The notes under the pieces were generated by a model that saw only the letters and a list, made by a program, of their open reading frames with translations, did not search any database and had not been told where the DNA came from. A DNA stretch of 60,000 nt from Malacoraja senta (lineage: Eukaryota), in contig CM075992.1 in NCBI GenBank assembly GCA_038087875.1, positions 7,256,001 to 7,316,000 on the forward strand, in the 5' to 3' direction. Each line of letters opens with the position of its first letter. The first letter of the stretch is position 1. The position numbers and the translations under genes are program-made. Of the stretch, positions 48,471-60,000 are shown piece by piece.

Positions 48471-50751
48471 GGTTGTGTAACAATGGTTCGAAGATGCCCA
48501 ATATGATGTTCTTTAAACTTATTTGTGTGAAACGCTGTTAAACCACAATAATCATTTCAGTTTACTAACATTACTGAAAGAACAAAATCTCGAGGTCGCC
48601 ATGGTAACTGTATTTGAGGTTAGAGGACACCTGTACAAAAAACGAAAAGTTTGTTATGGCAAAAATAGAAAATGATTTCAGCTTTTGAAGGAAAATGCAA
48701 ATGATTACAGTACCAACAGTTGTGCAAGTTGTTTAGGTAATTTTTTCAAGCAAAACCTCACCTCATTTACAAATACAAATGGAAGTGATATGATGACCTA
48801 AGACTAGATATGCAACTGTTGGTACTTTGCATTTTGGTCTTTCAAATGGACTACGCATTGCTAAAACCACACAGACATTAGAGCAAAGCTCACTGGCATA
48901 TTAAGATGCGTCCAAACACTGCTTCACCAGGTCATTTACCCGGTTTACAAAATGAACAAAAAATTCTTAATGAAATTAAATTACATGACTTTCTTAAGGT
49001 GGCTTGGGATTTACGCTAAGCTAAGTAAATATTGCAAATGTTCCACTGTAATATATGGTAAGTAAATATTGCAAATATTCCAAAATTCATACTTACAATT
49101 TTAATCACGAGACTGAATGTAATGAATCTAAAGTACAGAACAAATATCTTCAAACTATTTGCTGACCATGCCACAGATAAAACATCCTATAATGGCACTA
49201 ATTGAACCTGACCATAAACAAAATTATTGAGTTTAATATTTTACGCTTACACTCAATGCATTACTACTGATATTGCAATTATGTCCATACTATAGGATGC
49301 ATGATACGGCTTTCCATAGATTTTCTTAATGACGGGGGATGGCTGTAAGCTGATCAAATTAAAGTCCATCCCTCCTTAAGCTAAATCACCATCAAATAAT
49401 ATAATATTCCGGCTTAAATTGTACTTAGGCCTATATAGCAGAGTTTATTGCACAAATTCCACATGGATTTTATATGCACTTGCTGATACATGATCCTAAC
49501 CACGTGTCAGTCATTGTACCTCTATGCAGGCCATGTGCTCTGGGCATGGCATTGCCCCATGGCATTGGTTTTAACGTAAATTATCAACTGAACACTATAA
49601 CTGAATCATGCATGATATCTCTGCATTATAATAGCAAACTATAATTATGTAGCAAAGTAAAACAACTTACCTCAAACAGCCGTAAACAGTGATTCTTTAC
49701 TGCAAAATCTCCCATCCAATCCGATGATGATATATTGTTTGGCTGCAGCTAAGGAGAGCTTGTCACCGCATTCAGCCAAATGGCCAAATATATAGAAAGC
49801 CAAATAGGACACTCCAACAGTTTATACCCACTATTAGCCTCTTCTCCTTCTTTTCTCATTGAAATGGGTTGCTGTGGAAATGGTCGATAAAGTGGTTAAT
49901 TTTTGGACATGAGTCACTTTGTATTCACTAGCCGAAGGTTGTGGTTGATCATATACACCTGGTTCAGCTCATTTCTTTAATACATTGACTAGACTACTTG
50001 GGTCTCAGGACTTATTAGGGGGGGGGGGCTTGTACGGCCAAGGCAATGGGTTATCATTCTGGCATGGGTCATTTTGTATTTGACAGGCTGTGATTGTTCA
50101 TCTAAACCTGATTTTAGCTGCTACCTTTAAAATCTAGGCTAGCATAGATTGGCCCAAGGGCCCATTTAGGGGGTCTGGTAGGCCCAATGCAGCAGATAAT
50201 TGTTCTGTCATAGGTCAATTTATATTCCCCAAGCTATGGTAGATCATTTAAACTTGGGTTAAACTGGTACCCACAATATCTAGGCTAGCCTAGTTGGACA
50301 TCAGGGTCTAGGGTGTCCATTTTTGGGGTGTCTGGTACCTGTATTGCAGCGGACTATTTGTCTGGGCTAACCCATTTTGTACTCTGAATTCAACTTGTTA
50401 ATTTGACTATATTTTTGAGTGGTACATTGCCCGTCTATATGCTAACCCGTTTTCTAGGCCCTTTTTGTGATGGGTCTCGCGGGCCTATTGCACCGGGAAA
50501 AATGTCTGCCGTTGGTGTTGTTGATATAGACGCGGCGGTGAGCACACAATGGTAGTGGATTGAAGTGGTACCTCGCTCATCTCATTAGCAACCATTTTTT
50601 GGGCCCTTGGGGAGTCCCCCATGTATACACGCAACGGGCGGTATCCGGCAGACTCCCAATTCCGTTAATTTCAGGTGACCCCCTGCACACCCCCATAGTC
50701 ATATATTGGCACCTAGTTCTTCTAACCTAATGTCTCTGGGTTGACGGTCTA
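48471..50751 (+). mobile_element. Long-TIR DNA element, copy 3 (internal part plus intact right TIR)
   Basis: Direct repeat of 37135-39107 with large indels; ends TCTAACCTAATGTCTCTGGGTTGACGGTCTA. Confidence 0.85.
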
Positions 50752-50868
50752 AAACCCACGCGGTCACTGGGAGAACGTACACACTCTCTTCAGACAAGTA
50801 CACGTTGTCGGGATCGAACCCAGATCTCTGCAAGCGCTGTAAGGCAGCAGCTCTGCCGCTGCGCCACC
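50752..50868 (-). mobile_element. HE1-like SINE 5' half
   Basis: Reverse complement of the SINE head (GGATCGAACCC...GCTGTAAGGCAGCAGCTCTGCCGCTGCGCCACC), abutting the TIR element's right end. Confidence 0.7.
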
Positions 50869-51094
50869 AACCCGCCCTACATATGGACCTGGCTTCGGAT
50901 TTTCCGGCTGATGTCCGTTTCCAGGGTCAGATGCACCGGGAGTTTCACGCAGCTCCTGGATCTCCATGTTCTCAACTTGAAGACCTCCTTATCTTTGAAG
51001 AACATATCAGCGGAAATTATTTGGTTTTGGCTGCAGTTCCCCATGTTGTACTTCAATATTCCGTGTAAGATATGGGTCTGAATTCCATATAATC

Positions 51095-51305
51095 TAACCA
51101 CTTCTGTTTCTGCTACTGCCATCTGGATCTCACGGTTACCTGCCATTTTAATTCCTCTTTCATTTCCCACAGAGACTGGTTTCTCTTCGGCCTCATTCAC
51201 TGCCAAGGTGCGTCTAAAAGCAAACGAGAGGAATATCACATCATATTCCACATGGGTACCTGCAAACTATCGGCGGGGTATCATGAATTCTCCAATTTCA
51301 GATAA
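51095..51305 (+). mobile_element. Old Penelope GIY-YIG C-terminal fragment
   Basis: VTCHFNS..H, GLIHCQ, REEYHIIFHMGT, EFSNFR*. Confidence 0.6.
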
Positions 51306-51709
51306 TGCCAACCCCCGGTGTACCTTTCCATCTCCTCCTATATATCCTGGTTCTCTCACACCCACTATTTTTATCACAAAGCGCCCGACCACGATCACCC
51401 TATCGTCTGTCCCGTACCCTATGTGCACATTGCCTACTCACACACTCCACCCATTGGATTCACTTGCCCTCACTTCGTACCCACTCCTTCTTTTTGTTCT
51501 TACTATCTGTCCACCACCCTCATTTGTCGGCTTCACTCTGCCGCTTCATTTCGTATCAGGTTCGGAAACGGCACCCTTTTGTTCGCCACTTGCCACCTCC
51601 CACCTCCCAGCCTCTGGTGCTATCTTCACCGTTCCCACCTCAGCTGACACTTATCTACCAGTCAAGCCCTCTTCACATGTATCCATCTATTGCATTCTGG
51701 CTCTTGCCC

Positions 51710-52150
51710 CACAATTCATTATTAAGGACCCCCATCATCCATCACACCACATCTTCTCCATTCTGCCATCTGGGAAGAGGTACAGGAGCATCAGCTGCAA
51801 AACCAGCAGGATGCTACACAGCTTCTTCACACAGGCAATAAGACTGGTTAACGGACTGTGCCCCCCTCCCCATATATCATACACCAACACATCTAATCTC
51901 GCCCATACTTTGACAGCTAGGCACCTGTCAAAGCAAAGCCACTGTTCGGTCTGAATGTCTGTTTTTATTTCAATTATTAGGCCTATTTTAAAAATCGAAA
52001 TTTTCATTTTTAAAGCTATATGTATTTATTCTGTTTTTATTAACTGCACTGACGGGAACTGATTGAGAAACAATTTTTCGTTTCATCTGTGCATGTAAGT
52101 AGTCAGTTAAAAGGACATTAAGGTAAATACTGAATACTGAATACTGAAGT
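51710..52150 (+). mobile_element. Rex1-type LINE 3' fragment
   Basis: KDPHHPSHHIFSILPSGKRYRSI..SFFTQAIRL; (TACTGAA)n tail. Confidence 0.8.
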
Positions 52151-54944
52151 ATCTGCATCCGAATCTCCGTTTCCCTCCACAGATGAGCCCGACCAGCTCA
52201 ATTTCTCCAGCAGCTCTACTTTATTGCTTTCATCATCTGCAGTGTCTTGTTGCTCAACTTCTGCCTCTTGCCGTTGGGCTCCAGTGGCACTATCATATTT
52301 CCCGAGCCTGAAGGGTCAATACACATTCCCGCAAAGATGTGCGTCCACATAATGTCAGTATAGAACGCCAAAGGAGATCCTTTCCCTGTGGCAATCAAAC
52401 TGTACAACGCCTTCCTCTTCTGTCGTGGGGTACACTGACTCCTCTGCCCCCACCCCCACCCCCCTCCCCAATCTTTGCACATCCCCAATCCTTTCCACTC
52501 GTCAATTTATTTTCATGTATATTATGTTTTATGACTGTTGTCAGATCAATTTCCCTCCTGGGATAAATAAAGTTCCATCGTATCGTAAAAACACCTGCAT
52601 TTATTTGCCGATTTCCTGTTAAAGGTGGGTGGGGTTCAGTTGTGGTTATCGGTTGGAAGGTCTTTTATCCTGAAATGAATTGTAAGAAATAACGAGGGGA
52701 GTGCACTGTTTTGACATCCATCTATTTCTAAGCCTTGAGTATTTCCCGCAAAGATGAGCTTCCACATACTGTCATGGAGCAACATAGCGTGGAACTTGTC
52801 TCTTTGACCCAGTTTGTCCATGTCGACCAAGATGGTGGAATCCCCCCGCATTTGGCCCATATCTCTCCAGACTTTTCCCATCAATGTTCCTGTCCAAATG
52901 TCTTTTAAGTGTTGTTATTGTACCGGCCTCGACTACTGGCAGCTGGTTCCACATACCATCCACCCTGACATGAACAATATGAATCCCAGTGTATATTGTG
53001 TATATTGTGCATATTGCATGTGTATAAACACATTCCCTGTGACGTGCTGTACTGCCTCCAATGTTTGAATATGGGGACTAAAGGGCAACAATGTGAATCT
53101 CAGTGCGCTGCCTGGTGATGAACAAAACAGAGATAGTTTCAGCCGGAAAGCTAAAACTTGCGGTTTGATTGATGTTGTAGCCATTGTAGTTACTAATGGT
53201 TGGTTTGACCTACCAGTATACTACGCAAAATAAAGATTTTCCACTAAATCTCTGTACACCTGAGAACAATCACCCAACCCATACCAGAGTTTCGAATGCT
53301 CCAGTAAATTAGCAGATATGCATCGCACATTCACAGTCACAGATGACGGTGGAAGTAACCGTGAGGGGAATTGGGTAAACTGTGAGGAGGAAGGTGGAAG
53401 ACGTATGAATGCAGAACTAGTAATACCTCTTTCCCTCTGTCCGTTTAGATCACTTCCATTCGTCGGGCGAAGGATCCAAGATGTTTGTTTTGGGAAATTT
53501 AATGATCTTTGTGTTGAGGACAGCATTGGAGTATTCTGCCATTTGTCAAAGACTAAACGATAAAACGTTTGGCGTCTTTCTCACTGGTCGATCCCACTCG
53601 TACGTTCAGCAGCGATTTTCTTTTTTTTCATTCCTAAATTTCAGCATGTGGTGTTAGACGGGTGGGATCAGACTTAGATAATGCCACCCAACCCCCAAAT
53701 AACAGGGTCCAAACATCACCATGGAACATGACCTGCTTCTGGGCCTTTTGGCTGTCTTAATGGCTCCTTGACTGCCCTATTTAGCTCTCTGCACTGATTG
53801 TGTGAACACGCTGAATTTTTTTTAAAAAAGTAATAGGAAGCTCTGGAAATTATCGCTAGCTCAGTTTGGTTTCCTCTGGGAGAGATGGAGGTAGTATTTT
53901 GGACCATTGAGAACCCTCGTCAATTTGGTTGTGAAGGAAGAGTGAGAGAATAACTGTGTAATGGTGTTAGAAAATTGTTTCGCCTTTCGACTGCTGTTGT
54001 TCTACGACATCTCGCTGGAGGCCTCGTTGCATCCAATATATTTAATCCCGCTTTACATCACGAAATGGACAAAGACACTTGTATGCAGCGGATGTTACGG
54101 GACCTGCCAAATTCTTAGCAGTATTGGCGGTGATGTCAGTGGGTTAATACGGGTGTCGGTGGTTACAATTATGGGGGGAAGGCAGGAGAATGGGGTTAGG
54201 TGGGAGGCCTAGATCAGTCATGATTCAATGGCGGAGTAGCCTTGATGGGCCGAATGGCCTAATTCTGCTCCTGAGACTTGTGAGTATGACCTCAGTGATA
54301 ATGAAGCTTTGTTCAATAAAGTGGGTGCACATAAACCATTCGATTGCAGGCCGCCAGTTTAATCTAGGAGGATGTAGACTTTACTGAAACATTAATCTGG
54401 GGTAAAAATGATTCTCGGACAATAGAGGCAAACCAACGTGGATTAACTAAGACCAAATTCCGTTTAAACATATTATAGGACTTTCTTGAAAAGGCCGCAG
54501 ATAAGGTGGACGAGGCCACTTCAGTCGCTATTTTGTATATAATCCATGATGATGACACGTTGTATGAGGGCGGGTTGGGGACTCGGGGCTGCAAACATAG
54601 AATCATATCATATTATGAGTACTCCGAAATCTATCAATAAAATGTTTAAAATATCTTTCTAGGGTATCCGTATAGGATGGATCACCAAGCCCACGGAAGT
54701 TTTGATGAAACTTCACCGTTCAATTGTGGTAGACGATGGCTGAAGGTGAAGGGCCAGAGGCAGAAATAAAATGTGCTGACGTGCCACTCCTCTTGTCCAA
54801 GAGGCCAGTGATTATCTCGTCAGCTTGAGCCCTGGAGACGATGGTCAGTCTTGCCGGGGCAAACATCTAGGACAACTCTGGAGTCACCTTTTCACCGGCC
54901 TCTAACTGCTCAGGAGTGTCTACACGTCCACCGAAATGCAATTA

Positions 54945-56780
54945 GTTTTTTAATTAAAATTGTTATTAGAAGCAGTGTACAGTAATATAAACCGCGCCAT
55001 ATGACAAAATACATTTATTGTACATCTTCCATTTTAAATGTAACAAAAATAAATAGAACAAGAGAGAAAGAGCGAGAAAGAGAGAAAGTGAAAGAAATAG
55101 TGAATGTGTAAACCCCTAAAGTACCAAATAGTGCAGTCCAGGAGTGAATAAGTAAAAGCCTAAAAAAGTATAAGAAGACAAAAACATAGAATAATAAATA
55201 TGAAAAAAGGGACCATTACGTGTTGATATACCTGCTTCATTTCTCACCACACCCACCACCCTGTCCGTGAATCGGTTTAATTCCAGAATTGTGTTGCACC
55301 ATACTATACTTGTAATGAATCAATGAAAGGAGACCATATCTTAAAAAAATGCTCTGATTTTCCTGCTAAGACGAGTCTCATATCTTCAAGATGTGGCGTC
55401 TCAGACATGCTTGTAATACACATTTTGAGAGTTGGGGTAGAAGCATTTTTCCAAAATTTAAGTATACGTTTTATTGCCATTATCAGGCCATAATTAAGGA
55501 AACGTCTTTGAAATATTGATAGCTCAGCGGAGACTCCTGTTATTCCAAAAATAATACATTCTGTGTGGGGGTCCAGTTTTGTTTTTAATAATTTTGAGAA
55601 GATTTCAAAGATTCCTTTCCGAAATTTATGACGTTTTATACAAGAGGCAAAGGAGTGTGTTATAGTTGCTTCTTGAGATAAGCATTTGTCGCAAATGGGA
55701 GATACATTTGGAGAAATTATGTTCAGTTTAGTTTTTGAGTAATATAGTCTGTGTTGTATTTTAAATTGGATTAGAATATGTCTTACATTAATCGAACAAT
55801 TATGTACATATAAAATATATTTTCCCATCTGTCTTTGGGAATTTTTAAGCTTAATTCCTGTTCCCACTCTCTTCTAATTACATCTGACGATGGAGTTTCT
55901 ATATTTAAAAGGATATTGTACAAGTATGATATTAAATTATTTGACTGCGTTTCTATTCATACCTTCATCTAATATATCTGGCAACAGAGTTTGGTATTCG
56001 TGGGTATATGTTTTCAAATAATCTCTAATTTGAAGATATCTAAAATATCGATTACTTTTCAGACTGTATTTCCACTGTAATTTCTGGAATGATAAGAGGT
56101 TTCCCATTTCGTACAAATCTCCAACCTTTTTAATTCCTAGTCTTTCCCAATGAATAAACGTTTTTATCTATAACAGATGGTTTGAACGACGGGTTATTAG
56201 CTATTGGGGAGAGAAGAGATAGATTTCTTAGTTTAAAAGTAAATTTTACTTGTCTCCAAATTCGTAAAGTACTATGAATAATCGGGTTTTTCTTGTATGT
56301 TGTGTTCTTCAACTTTATTGGAGAGAGAAGGATCGCGCCTATATTAAAAGGCAGGCCATCCTCTCTCTCCATTACTAACCAATCTACCTGTTGACATGAA
56401 CTATCAGCCCGTGAATTACATTTTTAATTTTCGCTGCCCAATAATGGTATAAGAAACTGGGGAGCGCCAATCCACCAAATTGTTTGGGTTTACTTAAATG
56501 TCGTCTATGAATTCTGTGTGATTTATAATCCCAAATAAAATTTGTAATCTGGGAATCAAGTAAAAACAAAAATTTAGGTAGATATATCGGTATTCATTGA
56601 AATAAATAGAGAATTTGTGGGAGAAAAATCATTTTTATGTCATTTATTCTGCCTATTAGCGACATCGGAAGTGTTTTCCAGAATTGAATCAGAGAGTTTA
56701 ATTTAGTAACTAAAGGCAGGAAATTTGCATTGAATAAAGAATTATATTTTCTAGTTACTTGGATACCCAGGTATTTACTG
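54945..56780 (-). mobile_element. Degenerate L1-clade LINE, 3' part
   Basis: KYLGIQV, WKTLPMSLIGRIN, FIWDYK, GGLALPSF; CCHC knuckle CDKC..ATITHSFASC; WSPFI. Confidence 0.88.
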
Positions 56781-57569
56781 TAAATGCCATGGGGAGAACG
56801 CACAGACTCGGTACAGACAAGCAACCGTGGTCAGGATCGAACCCGGGTCTCTGGCTCACTGAGGTGGTGCAAGGCATTTGATAAGGTTCAGCGTGGTAGG
56901 CTGATTGCACGAGATCGAGGGAGAGCTAGCCGAAATATATGGAGAATTGGCTTCATGGACGGACTGAAATTGAATACATAACCAATGGCATAGAATAGTC
57001 AATCGCTGGTTGGAGGTACACAACTCTGATGGTCGAATTAAACATAGGCATACGCACACACAGACACACGAGCGCGCGCACACACACACAAACACAAACA
57101 CACGCACGCACGCACATTTCTAAGGGATGGAGAATAGAAGGCAGCGACTACATAGTTGCAATGGAGTTCTTAAACCAATGGTTAAAACAAAACCACTTCA
57201 GCCACTAGTGGTGGGAGGGTTGTGTATAGCGGCAGCAATCGCACTACTCAGTACTAACGATCTCCAGCCTCTTGATGTTTGACCTAACGCCTCTCAGTCA
57301 AGGGAGTTAGGAATGTTACATCAACCTGAATCTTGGGCATGGCGGAGAGCGTTGAATTAATTAGCAGCTAATTTAATTTAATGATGAAGTTTACATCTGG
57401 CCCCGGACGAACGGTAAATCTATACGCGTCCACAGAGACGGGAATAACCCCCCCCCCCCCCCCCCCCAGTCGCAGACCGTATTTTTGGCGGGAATCTCTC
57501 TCTCATCACTAGGACCCTTCAGTTCATACCACTCCAGTTTTGAAAAACATTCAACATTAGAAGCAGTTG

Positions 57570-57644
57570 CACTTCCTGAATTAAGCAGAAGTGATTTGGA
57601 ATTGTGAATTTCACCACGTCATCTGACCATTGCTATTGCGTAAC
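57570..57644 (+). promoter_or_regulatory. Putative myeloid promoter of gene C (ETS/PU.1 + C/EBP)
   Basis: CACTTCCTG at 57570-57578; ATTGCGTAAC at 57635-57644. Confidence 0.55.
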
Positions 57645-57723
57645 CTTGTGAGAGGCGCAGATGATTTTACTATAATTCGACCGCGCATGTTCTTCAAAGA
57701 CTAGAAGGTCTTCAAGCTGAAAC

Positions 57724-57814
57724 ATGGAGCAAATGGACTATTATGCAAACATTGATGCAGTTTCGCCCAATAAACAGAATAGAGACGATTGCTGGCCGGG
57801 GAAGCTGAATACAG
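57724..57814 (+). CDS. C-type lectin gene C exon 1 (cytoplasmic tail with YxxI motif)
   Basis: MEQMDYYANIDAVSPNKQNRDDCWPGKLNT; phase-1 donor ACAG|GTGGGC. Confidence 0.8.
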
Positions 57815-58184
57815 GTGGGCTATTTGTTGTTTTGTCTTTATTCTGCTCCAGTGATGGAGTTGGCATTCAGTTTTCGAAGGGAGGGATGGGGGTTGATTAT
57901 TCTCTATTTTAATCTTACATAAGCGGGTGCCATTATCGGTCATTTGGGATACAGTGTCGAGAATGTGCAACACCTCTATTCCCCGTCGAGTTTAGATATC
58001 TATCCTGCTGTGGGTTCCCATATTGACGAATCTGGTGTTGGACAGTTTACAGATCCCTGTATTAGCAAAACACAAGGCTCCTTTGCCCCGTGCTCCGGAG
58101 TAAACAACGAAATACATTCCGATTTTTTTTCTACTGATGTTTCCCTCCCCACTTTATGAGATGTCCTTCACTTCCACTTTGCAG

Positions 58185-58304
58185 ACCGTGGCATGAAAGC
58201 GGAGGACCGTAGCCGACACAAACTCTCCGCTCCGATCGTCTACTCTCTGCTGGGATTCAGCATTCTGTTATCGGCTGCGGCTCTCTGCGTTGCAGTTATT
58301 TTGA
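58185..58304 (+). CDS. C-type lectin gene C exon 2 (transmembrane); remaining exons presumably beyond the window
   Basis: DRGMKAEDRSRHKLSAPIVYSLLGFSILLSAAALCVAVIL, 120 nt, canonical AG and GTAAGT sites. Confidence 0.88.
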
Positions 58305-60000
58305 GTAAGTTGTGAAAAAAACCTCTAAAATGTGAAGCTTGTGTTATTGTATAAAATGTCAAAACTAATGTGGATATAATTAATTGATTGGTAATTGATG
58401 GGTCAAATTTCGTGGTTCTGATATTAATTGAGGGGCAGGGGGCTGGAGCGTGTGCCGTGAGCTGATCCACATCAGGGGAATATGAGAATTAAGATCATTG
58501 TGTCTGTCGGAGGCCTTTCCACTCGAAAATACTGTTAAATCTGTGTTTTCCGTGCCTTTTTGCAGTTGGAGCCGTAAATAAAACACAACTCGGATTAAAA
58601 AGCCTGGAGCAAGGTACATTTTGAATTGAGTTGAGAGATGCGCTAAATTCTAAAGTGGGTCATCACTTTCATGGACTGACCCCCCCCTCCCCCCCCCAAC
58701 CTCTCCCCTCGTTGATCCGTGTTTCTTGTGATACGCAAGAAGCCGGATGATAACGTTTCTAAGCAAGGAGAAAAGGAACTTGCCCGAGTATAAAAAAAAG
58801 TGTTATTTCGAAAATTTCAAAGGGTCTGTACGTATTGCGCAATGTTCTTTAGTAACCGCACCGAGTCAAAATAATACGTTGGCGGGCTTCTTGCTCTACA
58901 CGCCACACTGGGCGTTATTCCTGCCTTCTGAAACTACGTGTTTTCAAAACTCCACAAGGATCTGATTCTCAAAGTAGACGCAGTTTCACTGCCTCACTTC
59001 CCAAGCAGCATGCACAAACTCCAATCCCCAATTCTCGCAATATGTGTCCCCGCTAACGGAAAACCAGTGTGTATGAAGGAACTGCAGATGCTGGTTTAAA
59101 CCGAAGATAGACACAAAAAGCTGGAGGAACTCAGCGGGACAGGCAGCATCTCTGGAGAAAAGGAATGGGTGGCGTTTCGGGTCGAGACCTTTCTTCAGAC
59201 TAGTCAGGGAAAAGGGAAACGAGAGATATCGATGAGGATGTAGATAGATGGAGAACAATGAATGAAACATCATTAAATCACGGGTTATCAACAGACTTGG
59301 TTAAACACCCCACTGATAAAACAATCCCCAACATAGATTTTTTGTAGTAGCCACTTCCTTCCAATTCGGTTATCCTACCTTCTCCCAGCTAACCAGTCTT
59401 TGAGAGGGGCACAGTGCCATAGGTTTTCATTTTCATCAACAGCCTTCCGAATGTCAGACCCTGGTTTTTGGATGGGATTTTCCCATTGGAAATGGAATGG
59501 TGAGTGTGAAATTCAATCTGACACAGGTCCGTTTCTCACATTCAGGAAGATCTCTTGTTGGCCTCTATTCATATCCAGATTCCCGTCCTGACTCCGCCTG
59601 GAACTAATTTCTCGGCTGGTGGATTGGATCTCATCTAGTGAAATTTGCAACAAAAGGTGCATCAGTGTAGGTCAAACTCGCAGCAATAGATATCCTGTAA
59701 CCACTTCGCTGATTAGATTGTGTCTGGGGTGACCTTGGACGGGAAAACTTAGAGTGTGGCGGGAGAGTTTGAGTCGATTGGGGCGGGGGAAAGCGGTGCT
59801 AGAGGTGACGTGTTCGTTTCTATGCCACAGGAATTCCGTCGAGGCTTGTAGCAGGGGCGAGTGGTCATGAGATAATACACGTTTCTGACTTGGGATTCTA
59901 AAGTCAGGGACCAGTGTAAGATGTGTAGGATGGGGAAAAGTAGGAGAAGGGCGACGGATAGAAGTGGGAGAGGGGGGTAGAAGGATGTGGGCGTGGGAGT

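Noticed and set aside
32253..50751. One single 18.5-kb composite transposon bounded by the two intact TIR tips
   Set aside because: The interior contains a direct repeat of the element body (37135-39107 versus 48471-50110), a gap, and non-matching flanks: two separate copies.
52150..54900. Short ORFs between TIR copy 3 and gene C
   Set aside because: No recognisable domains or convincing splice pairs; includes old CR1 scraps (e.g. ~54430-54545).

Overview
Eukaryotic, repeat-dense vertebrate DNA. The HE1/V-type SINEs and CR1 LINEs with (TTCTATGT)n tails suggest a cartilaginous fish, probably a skate or ray (inference). The window holds a + strand cluster of type II transmembrane C-type lectin (CLEC4/CD209/ASGR-like) genes that the ORF track does not resolve. 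Gene A is an orphan, frameshifted terminal lectin exon with a QPD-like motif (~10.5 kb). Gene B has at least 6 exons (18875-30489), an EPN motif and a 1-nt frameshift just before WND. Gene C is a paralogue seen only as its first two exons (57724-58304); its cytoplasmic tail has a YANI tyrosine motif where gene B has CANT. B and C share conserved ETS/PU.1 and C/EBP sites. Most of the rest is nested transposable elements: two DIRS retrotransposons; one CR1 with an intact 986-codon ORF2 and an SGNH esterase ORF1; degenerate CR1, L2, Rex1 and L1 LINEs; Penelope-like elements carrying minimal hammerhead ribozyme motifs; HE1-like SINEs; a 1040-bp MITE with a 7-bp TSD; and three copies of an unclassified ~4-kb DNA element with ~700-bp TIRs built from ~146-bp subrepeats. 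There is a 200-N assembly gap at 46467-46666. All calls come from reading the sequence by eye. No database searches were run, and element boundaries are approximate unless a TSD or terminus is quoted.
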